Shown here piece after piece: positions 40,191 to 48,505 of a stretch of 64,000 bases of DNA. Position 1 is the first letter of the stretch; each line of letters starts with the position of its first letter. Below the pieces are notes generated by a model, which was not told the origin of the DNA, ran no database searches, and saw nothing but the letters and a program-made list of their open reading frames with translations. The stretch comes from an uncultured bacterium (GTDB taxonomy: Bacteria > Verrucomicrobiota > Verrucomicrobiia > Limisphaerales > UBA8199): the NCBI GenBank assembly GCA_963749495.1, contig CAVVMW010000015.1:320001-384000 (forward strand). Direction: 5' to 3'. Both the position numbers and the translations under genes were made by a program.

Positions 40191-40832
40191 ATGAGCAGTA
40201 TATTGACGAAAGCGACCGTGCTGGTGCTCAACCGCAACTGGCAGGCCATCAACGTGCGCACGTCCCAGGAGGCGTTCTGCGTGATGGCCACCAACGTGGC
40301 CACCGGCCTGGAAATCGAGCGCGCAGATCCACCCCATCCGGAGCCCGACTCATTCTGCACTCCGCAATCCGCACTCCGCACTGGCACGGTCCGCCCGGTG
40401 ACCTGGGAGGAGTGGATCACCCTGCCCATTCAGGAGCAAGACGAGGCGGTGCACACCGTGCGAGGAGCGATCCGCGTGCCGACCGTGATCGTGGCGGTCA
40501 ACTTCGCCAAGGTGCCCAAGAAGCGGCCGAAGCTCTGCGCGCGCGCCATCCGCGAGCGGGACGGCAACCGTTGCCAGTACACGGGCCGTGTCCTGCGCCC
40601 GGAGGAGGGCAGCCTGGACCATGTCGTGCCCCGCTCGCGCGGCGGCCAGGACGCCTGGGAGAACCTGGTCTGGTCGGCCAAGGAAGTGAACCAGCGCAAA
40701 GCCGACCGCCTCCCGCACGAGGTGGGCCTGAGGCTCCTCTCCGTCCCCCGTGCGCCAAGGGAGTTGCCGGTATCCGCGTTCATCCGCAATGGCCACGGTA
40801 TTGAGGACTGGAAGCTGTTCGTGGAGGACTGA
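40191..40832 (+). CDS. HNH endonuclease (McrA-like, VLVLN N-terminus)
   Basis: VLVLNRNWQAINV, IRVPTVI, IRERDGNRCQYTG, SLDHVVPRSRGG...WENLV...NQRKADR. Confidence 0.92.
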   Translation: MSSILTKATVLVLNRNWQAINVRTSQEAFCVMATNVATGLEIERADPPHPEPDSFCTPQSALRTGTVRPVTWEEWITLPIQEQDEAVHTVRGAIRVPTVIVAVNFAKVPKKRPKLCARAIRERDGNRCQYTGRVLRPEEGSLDHVVPRSRGGQDAWENLVWSAKEVNQRKADRLPHEVGLRLLSVPRAPRELPVSAFIRNGHGIEDWKLFVED

Positions 40833-40971
40833 AAAAACGGGTTGGGCCGCCAGCAATGGCGGCCCTACCGCCCAAAGCGAAAAAGGTACTCGCGAAACGA
40901 TTGAATATCCGCGAGATTTGTTCGTGAATGTTCAGCAAATCAGGCTTCGCCTGAGACCGGAGAACAAGCTA

Positions 40972-41971
40972 TGAGCGAAAACACTCCGCGAGACAAGGGC
41001 CTGATGGCGTGGTTAGGTGGTAGGCCAGTATATCTGGACGAAGTCCGCGAGCTGAGCTGACGTTGCAAAGGAGCGCCAACCGCGCGCCTGGACACCTGCT
41101 AACGTCCCTGCCCAGAAACTATTCCGTTGCGTGGAATGTCTGCGGGACCTCGAATCAGACCTGAAGGCAGTCGGGCGCGCGAGGGGCAAGGTGAAAATGC
41201 GCAGAAAGTTGAAGATCCTCCTCACTCCGCTACATACTTTGGTGGAAGCCGTTCGAGACTTAGCGAATGACTTGGAGAACAACCCGGACACCGTCCGCCA
41301 ACTCCCCGAAGGCGCGCGTCCACTTGTCCCGCAGCTCCGCATGCAACTGCTGAAAATCGCGGAAATCGGAAAGGGCGGCCTGTTGTCATCGGCGCGGAAC
41401 AAGATTTCCGCTCATATTGACGTGCGGTTCTCCGCAGAAGAAATGAGAGCCCCTCCTAGGTCAGGTGGAACCCGCGAAGGTGGGCCTGTGGCTGCACACA
41501 TGCATCGCCGTGCTGGCCGACTTTATCAAGCTGCCGGTCTATTTCTGGTTTTGCGGGCCAGACGGCGAGGGGAATGTTCGAATGTTGTTTAGGGAGCCGT
41601 TCGTCGTCACGCTCGGTTTGGACGCGGCGGGAAAGCCAAATCGCTTGCTTGATGTCCACATGATCCCAGAACCGCCGCGTCACGAAGCACTGGCGCTGAT
41701 GATGCAAGTGGTTGAGAGTTCGCGCTGGATGTTTGGAGCAGCCGACCCTCACATCCTGAGTTGGGTTGAGGATAAGCCCGGCGAGTACTGGGCGAAGTCG
41801 CTGAAGCAGCTGCCTCAGTTCAGCGGTGTTGCGGCCAACGAGAATGGGCCTTCCGTTGTGCCCCGCATCTCAACCGACGATGGATCTTTTCTACTGGTTC
41901 CTGCAAACGTGCCGTTTTTTATCAAAGAGTCCGTTCAGCGAATCACCAGACGGGAGGATTTGCTGGGCTGA
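40972..41971 (+). pseudogene. Hypothetical protein with HEPN-like RxxxxxH motif, two apparent frameshifts
   Basis: GGAG-preceded ATG 40972, ORFs 41131..41592 and 41465..41971; ARNKISAH. Confidence 0.45.
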
Positions 41972-42286
41972 GAGCAGCATGGTGATCCGGGTGTGGTCTT
42001 ATGAGCTCGAGGATTTTCTTCGCCTCGGCGTCCGGCTGGCTGGGTCCAAGCAGCCGACTGAGTTCTGTGCAGTCATGAAGTCGACCTCGAACCCACGCCT
42101 AGCGCTTCGGTTGCTCGGCCTTTGCTTAGCTGGATCTCCCTCCGCCTCCACCGCCCCTGAACGTGAGCTGATTCGTGATTCCCATTTCCAAGCAGGCTTC
42201 CACCTGCTCGAGCATAAGCCTAGCAAACGCGTCGTTTCAGTTTGCCTTCTTGCTTTCAGCCCCAATAGGCGGGATAAAGTCGAGCC

Positions 42287-43651
42287 ATGAAGCTGCTCGG
42301 TTCGTTCATGTGCTGGCTCGTGCTCGCTTGCATCTCCTTGAGCGCGCCTGCACAAGTCACTCCCCCAACCGCGATGCGGCCGGCCACATTTCCCCTGCGG
42401 GTGAGTGAAAACGGGCGGCATCTCGTGGATGCGGCCGGCAGACCCTTTCTGGTGATCGGCGATGCGGCATGGTCCCTGGTCGCACAGTTGAGCGAGGAGA
42501 ACATCGCCCGCTATTTGGATGATCGCCAGAGGCGGGGATTCAACTCCATCATCGTCAACCTCATCGAACACAAGTTTGCCGCCAAAGCGCCGGCGAAGCT
42601 TGACGGCGTCGCGCCGTTCCTCAAGCCGGGCGATTTCACGCAACCCAACCCTGCGTACTTCGACTACGCGTGCCAGGCCGTTGTCGCGGCGAACCAGCGG
42701 GGGCTGGCCGGGTGGTTGTGTCCGGCCTATCTCGGCTGGGGCGGCGGAGACGAGGGATTTTTCAAGGAGATCAAAGCGGTCGGACCGGCAGTGTTGCGGA
42801 GTTACGGGCGGTTCGTCGGCCAGCGTTTCAAGGATTTGCCGAACATCGTTTGGATGGTCGGCGGCGACTACGCGTTGCCGGAAACTGAACGCTGGGCGGG
42901 CACCGAACTGGCCCTGGGCCTGCGCGAGGGCGGCGCAAGACAACTCATCACGGCGCATGGCGGGCAGACCTCGGCGCTCGACACCTTCGGCGACCAACCC
43001 TGGCTGGCGGTGGATACGGTGTACCGTTACCAGCCCGATCTTTGGCGGCCGTTGCTGGCGGCTCATGGCCGGAAACCGGCTCGGCCATTTGTGCTCATCG
43101 AGACGATCTATGAAGGCGAACACGACTCGAAGCCGGAGCAAATCCGGCGGCAGGCCTGGTGGGCGATGCTGTGCGGCGCCTGCGGCCAGTTCTTCGGCAA
43201 TAACCCGATGTGGCACTTCGACGGGCCTACGCTCTTCCCGCACACCAACACCTGGGAGCAGGCGCTCGGCAGCACGGGCAGCCGTGACATCGCCCGGCTG
43301 GGGAAGTTCCTCACGACACTCCCGTGGCAACAACTCGTCCCCGACACCGAAGGCAAACTCGTCGCCGCCGGCGCAGGCGACGGGACCGCGCGCATCACCG
43401 GCGCCCGCGCCTCGGACAAAAGCCTCGCGCTGCTCTACATCCCTGCAGACGGCAAGGGCCCGCGCGAGTTCAAGCTCAACCTCGCCAATTTTGCCGGTCC
43501 GGTGACAGCTCGCTGGTTCAATCCTGCCAAGGATGCCTCGCTCCTCCCATACGGCGCAACGTTTCCCAATCGCGGGCAACAAACCCTCCAGACCCCCGGA
43601 GACAACGGCGTCGGCGCGAATGACTGGCTGCTCGTGCTGGAATCGCGTTGA
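42287..43651 (+). CDS. DUF4038/apiosidase-like (GH140-related) secreted protein with C-terminal collagen-binding-type domain
   Basis: LRVSENGRHLVD..GRPFLVIGDAAW, PNPAYFD, PNIVWMVGGD, ETIYEGE, ARWFNP...DWLLVL. Confidence 0.85.
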   Translation: MKLLGSFMCWLVLACISLSAPAQVTPPTAMRPATFPLRVSENGRHLVDAAGRPFLVIGDAAWSLVAQLSEENIARYLDDRQRRGFNSIIVNLIEHKFAAKAPAKLDGVAPFLKPGDFTQPNPAYFDYACQAVVAANQRGLAGWLCPAYLGWGGGDEGFFKEIKAVGPAVLRSYGRFVGQRFKDLPNIVWMVGGDYALPETERWAGTELALGLREGGARQLITAHGGQTSALDTFGDQPWLAVDTVYRYQPDLWRPLLAAHGRKPARPFVLIETIYEGEHDSKPEQIRRQAWWAMLCGACGQFFGNNPMWHFDGPTLFPHTNTWEQALGSTGSRDIARLGKFLTTLPWQQLVPDTEGKLVAAGAGDGTARITGARASDKSLALLYIPADGKGPREFKLNLANFAGPVTARWFNPAKDASLLPYGATFPNRGQQTLQTPGDNGVGANDWLLVLESR

Positions 43652-43680
43652 ATCGACGAGGGCGAGGAACTTCGATACCT

Positions 43681-45200
43681 GTGAGAACACAAACGCTATC
43701 CGTTGTTGCCACCTTGCTGCTTGCCTTTGGGGCGGGCGCGGCTGAAATCCAGATCACGCTGGATCCAGCCTCATCCGGGCGAACCTTCGAAGGCATTGGC
43801 GCCCTGAGCGCCGGCGCGTCCTCGCGGCTGCTCATGGAGTATCCTGAAGCCCAGCGCAGCCAGGTGCTGGATTTCCTGTTCAAACCGAAATTTGGCGCCG
43901 CATTCCATCACCTCAAGGTCGAGATCGGCGGGGATGTCAATTCCACGGACGGCACCGAACCGAGCCATGCACGAACCCGCGCGGAGTTCGAGCATCCCCA
44001 GCCCGAATATTTCGACCGCGGCTACGAATGGTGGCTGCTGCGGGAGGCCAAGCGGCGCAACCCGGCGATCATCACGGATATTCTCCAGTGGGGCGCGCCT
44101 GGCTGGATAGGCCGGGGGAAGTCTGACGCCGAGAAGTTCTTCAGCCAGGACAACGCGGATTTCATCGTGTCGTTCATCAAGGGAGCCCGCCAATACCACG
44201 GGATCGAGATCAACTATTGCGGCATCTGGAATGAGACGCCCCACAATACCGCGTGGATCAAGCTCCTGCGCCGCACTTTGGATCGCGCCAACCTGTCGCG
44301 CGTCCAGATCGTGGCCTCGGACCAGACCGGCAACGATCCCTGGCGTATCGCCCGGGAAATGGGCTCCGACCCGGAACTGAGGAACGCAGTCCAGGTGATT
44401 GGCGCGCATTATGTGGGCTTCAAGTCCACGCCGGAGGCGCTGGCCAGGGGCAAACGGGTGTGGTCGAGCGAGGATGGGCCGTGGCGCGGGGACTGGCAGG
44501 GCGCGCGGCAACTGGCGCGGGTCTTCAACCGCAACTACGTCCAGGGGCGAATGACCAAGACCGTCATCTGGAGCCTCGTCACCTCCTGCTATGACACCTT
44601 GCCGCTGCCCAACTCCGGTCCGATGATGGCGAAGGAGCCTTGGTCCGGCCATTATGAAGTGCAGCCGGCTACTTGGGTCATCGCCCACACGACCCAGTTC
44701 GCCCAACCCGGTTGGAAGTATATGGACTCGGGCTGCGTCTCCCTGCCCGGCGGTGGCAGTTGCGTTGCGCTGCGAAGTGCCGCAACTCCGGAGGATTGCA
44801 GCATCATTGTGGAGACAATGGGTGCAAAGGAGCCTCAGACGCTCGTTTTCCGCGTGGCGAATGGACTCGCCAAGAAGCCACTGCACGTTTGGCGCAGCAA
44901 TGAACGTAGCCAGTTCGATCGGGTGGATGATGTCCCACTGAACGGCGACTCATTCACCCTCATAGCGGAACCGGATTCGGTCTATTCGCTCACGACAACC
45001 ACCGGACAACAAAAGGGCCGTAGCGAGAGCCGCCTTCGTCGGAATTCCCGCTGCCTTACGCCGACGGCTTCGAATCCGGCGCGGTCGGGAAATACGCCCG
45101 CTATTTCTCCGATCAGGGAGGTGTGTTCGAAGTGTGCACGCGGCCCGATGGCGCCGGCCACGCCCTGCGCCAGGTGGTCGCCGGGCGGAACATTGACCCC
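43681..45200 (+). pseudogene. GH59 galactocerebrosidase-like, frameshift near 45030 and C-terminal truncation
   Basis: LKVEIGGDVNSTDGTEPSH, RGYEWWLL, GIWNE, WSSEDG, AHTTQFAQPGW, YSLTTTTGQQKG. Confidence 0.85.
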
Positions 45201-45269
45201 TTTCATGACCCCTTTCATTCTTTCACGCGCCAAGGGCCTGATAGTGACTGCGCCTGACCTCGGTGCAGT

Positions 45270-47816
45270 TCAAGGCACCGGCTTCACGGTGTAGAAGCGG
45301 TGGTTTGCGGTTTTTGCGTCCGGATCCGTCAGTTGGGCAGTGCCGTTGGGCGGTTGGACGGGTGTTTGCAACAGGAACCAGTGCCACAGGTCGTCCGAGT
45401 AGAGCGCGCGATAGCGGCGCGTTGGCTCGGCCGCCCACTGCAAGCGCAGCCCGTCGGCTCCAAGCTGGGGGCGCATCAACTTCACGGTATTGGTCGCAAA
45501 AGCATCGCTGTCCGGGAAGAGGGTTACCGGGTCCATGAAACTGGCCGTCCAACCAGGCTCGGCCGGCGCGCTCGCGCTGGCCAAAAGGTTCGACCAGGCC
45601 GGGTCGGTCAAACGGTTGTCCATAGGCCATTTGAATTCGTAACCGGAGAAGACCGGTCCCGCGGCCAGGAAAGTGCCGCGCTGGGGAAGGGTGACGGCGG
45701 CCACGAGAAGTTTCACATAGCCCACGCCTTCCTCGAGGACCTCGCCCGTATTGGGATCCGTGTGCACGTCCGCAACCAAGGTGGTATCCTCAAGGTGCGG
45801 GCCGAAGTCGGCCTCGCTTAGAGGGGACAGTATCCCGTAGAAATTGAGGATGAAATCGGTGTCGTCATCGCTCAGGGGCTGGCCTTCCAGTTCCGCCGTG
45901 GAAATATCGCGCAAGCGCGCCAAAACCGATGTGAGCTGACCCAGGCGGTTGGTGAGCGCGGCGTCGAGGACATTCAGATTGGCCAACCCGGTGCCCGTGA
46001 GGTCGGTCAGTGCCCGCAGCCGCTCAAAGAACTCCGGCACCGGCTCCACGTATCCGGCGGGAGGGGGAGGAGGCGGCGGGCCACAGCCACCCCAACCCGA
46101 GTAGCTTTGCTTGGCGTAGAGGATAGTGTCATGGCGCAACTCGGTCCAGGAGGCCAGGGCCGCGCTGAGTTGTTTGTCCTGCCAGGCAGTGGTCCGCATG
46201 AAGGCTGGGTAACCGGGGCCGCAAGGAGCCAGCAGCGGGCGCAGCCCGTAGAGCCAGCTCCAATACAGATTGCGCGTCCAATCGGCCTGGCCAAAGGACT
46301 GGAACAGGCCCAGCAATTGGTTGACCTGCAGGTCATAGCCCGAGTAATCCGTGTCGCCGGCCGAGTCCAGCAGGCTGAGCCCCCGCGACGAACCCAGCAC
46401 CACCATGACGTCCAGGCCCCGGGGAAACGCACGAATCGGTCCCGCCCTGCTGTTGACCAGTGTGAACGGATTGCCCGAGCCGGTGTAGCCGCCCACATCC
46501 GGCCAGACCAGTTGCTGGAACATGTAGGAGTCCGGAACGAACCTCTGGCCCATCGGGCGCATCCCCTTGGTCATGTCGAGAACTGCATCGAGGCCGGCTG
46601 CGGTCGCATTCGGTGGCAGGATGGAGTGGCCGGTTCCGCCGTAGATTTGCGGGCTGGGCATGGCGGCCAGGGCCTTGCGCAGGGCCAGGAAGGTGGCGTC
46701 GTCGGTGAGCGACAGGACATTGACCTGCGCGCCGAAGACCTGCATCAGTGCGACTTTGTAATCATACGGGGTCAGATCATCGGCCAACCCGACAAAGAAG
46801 GCCGTTACCCCATAGATCCGGTTCCAAGTGGCGGCGCACGGCGGGGTCTGATCCAGGTCCAGCGTCATCAGGAACGCCGACAAGGTTTGGATGCGGGCCT
46901 CGGCGACTGAAACCAACGCGTCCGAGGGGAGCTGGCTGCCTTTGAGCAGATAGGCCATCTGGCCATACCACATCATTGCCTGGAAGTAGCGTTCCAGGTC
47001 CGCGCTGGCTGTGTAGTGGCCGCGGGGAATGAATTGTGAATAATCCTCCTGGTAATTGAACAGGGGACTTTGCTCAAAGCCGGCATGGGCCTGGATGTTG
47101 GTTAACTCCCCGCTAACGATGCCGGCCACGGTGTCGGGCACATCAACTGATTCGCCCAGCAGCTCCAAGGCGACGCTGAAGAAAGCCATATTGCGGCGGG
47201 CGGCTTCCTTCAAATCGCCGCTCAGGGTGGCATATTCGCCGATGGCGCTGGCGAGGAGCGAACTCGAGATCACCTTGAGTTGTGGGAGGAATTGGTTGGT
47301 CTCGATTCCCATGAGAATCTCGTCGAAATCGACATGATAGAGGTGAAGCAGGGAATCCGAGGTGACGAAGGGGGGAATGCCCGAGTTGATCAGGACGGAA
47401 TAGGTCGCCGTCATGTTGACCTCCTGGCCATAGGGGATGACCACGAAGCCGTTGCGTGCCAGGGCCTGGCAGGCGCTTTGACTCATCCCTAAGCCCTGTG
47501 TGTCGCTCGCCGCGTTGGACACCTGGGTCAGATCGAGCGGCAAGGTCGGGCCCGGCGCATTGGCCGTCACAGAGACTGGTTGATACTGATAGCCAGAAGA
47601 CAACTCAACGCGGGCCAGGCCGCTGTTGGTGCTCAAGGTCTGGGCGGAGAGGTTCTCGGGCCTGGCGAGGGCTGCTATGAACAAAAGGGCAAGTGCGGCG
47701 GAGGCCAGGTGCAACCCGCCCCTGGAGGCGCCGTGGGTCCGGCGGCGAGCCGGAGGAGGACATGGACGCGCTTCTGGTGGGCAAGTCGATGAAGGACGGG
47801 TCTGTCTGGTTTTCAT
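45270..47816 (-). CDS. DUF3160 domain secreted protein
   Basis: PPFVTSDSLLHLYH, EDYSQFIPRGHYT, GQRFVPDSY, LASWTELRHDTILYAKQSY, GYVEP, LVADVHTD. Confidence 0.88.
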   Translation of the reverse strand: MKTRQTRPSSTCPPEARPCPPPARRRTHGASRGGLHLASAALALLFIAALARPENLSAQTLSTNSGLARVELSSGYQYQPVSVTANAPGPTLPLDLTQVSNAASDTQGLGMSQSACQALARNGFVVIPYGQEVNMTATYSVLINSGIPPFVTSDSLLHLYHVDFDEILMGIETNQFLPQLKVISSSLLASAIGEYATLSGDLKEAARRNMAFFSVALELLGESVDVPDTVAGIVSGELTNIQAHAGFEQSPLFNYQEDYSQFIPRGHYTASADLERYFQAMMWYGQMAYLLKGSQLPSDALVSVAEARIQTLSAFLMTLDLDQTPPCAATWNRIYGVTAFFVGLADDLTPYDYKVALMQVFGAQVNVLSLTDDATFLALRKALAAMPSPQIYGGTGHSILPPNATAAGLDAVLDMTKGMRPMGQRFVPDSYMFQQLVWPDVGGYTGSGNPFTLVNSRAGPIRAFPRGLDVMVVLGSSRGLSLLDSAGDTDYSGYDLQVNQLLGLFQSFGQADWTRNLYWSWLYGLRPLLAPCGPGYPAFMRTTAWQDKQLSAALASWTELRHDTILYAKQSYSGWGGCGPPPPPPPAGYVEPVPEFFERLRALTDLTGTGLANLNVLDAALTNRLGQLTSVLARLRDISTAELEGQPLSDDDTDFILNFYGILSPLSEADFGPHLEDTTLVADVHTDPNTGEVLEEGVGYVKLLVAAVTLPQRGTFLAAGPVFSGYEFKWPMDNRLTDPAWSNLLASASAPAEPGWTASFMDPVTLFPDSDAFATNTVKLMRPQLGADGLRLQWAAEPTRRYRALYSDDLWHWFLLQTPVQPPNGTAQLTDPDAKTANHRFYTVKPVP

Positions 47817-48229
47817 AGGTTTGTCTTTTAGTTTCGGTCGTCCGCACGGGCGGCGGCGGCGCGCAGGCTTCGCTCGACCGGGCTGCTCGGACACACGGCG
47901 GTTTCGTGAGCCACGGCGCTCAAAGCGCCAGTTTCAGCCCGCGCGCCGCCTTCAAGGAGTAATGGCAACGTTTCCGCACGGTTTGCTTCAAGATTTCCCG
48001 GTGAATCGGGGAGGCTCGTGGCTTTGCCGCTTTGCGGGCGCGGCGCCCGCCGCAAGGCTCGGGCATGCCGTTAAATGGAGGTGAAAGCCCGCCGCCATGA
48101 GTTCTTGCTGCGCATCCAACATGTACTTCGGGTTTTTCGCGCAACCATTACAGGGATTCCGGGACAAGCCCCGTCGGAAAAAGGAGCCGCCGCGCTGGAG
48201 CAGCTTTGCCGCGCCTACTGTTTCGAAAG

Positions 48230-48505
48230 GGCAGTGAAACCGCAGGGACGCAAAGAACGCAGCGCGGCGAAGCCGCAACCAAAGAACCGATAACCGCGGA
48301 ATACGCGGAATACGCGGAAAAAGAACCAGCCCGCTTCGGAATTCCGCGTGTTCCGCGTGTTCCGCGGTTCATTGTTTCTGTGAGAGATCTTCGCAGGCTG
48401 CGAAGAATCTTACCACGGATTTCACGGATGACACGGATTCTTGTGGATCCGTGCCATCCGTGCAATCCGTGGTCAATTCGACTTTTGGTTGCGCCTTGGC
48501 CGCGC
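48230..48505. repeat. Nested miniature inverted-repeat cluster
   Basis: Outer GCGGCGAAGCCGCAACCAAA / TTTGGTTGCGCCTTGGCCGC arms enclose (CGCGGAATA)n and (CACGGAT..)n inverted elements. Confidence 0.8.
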
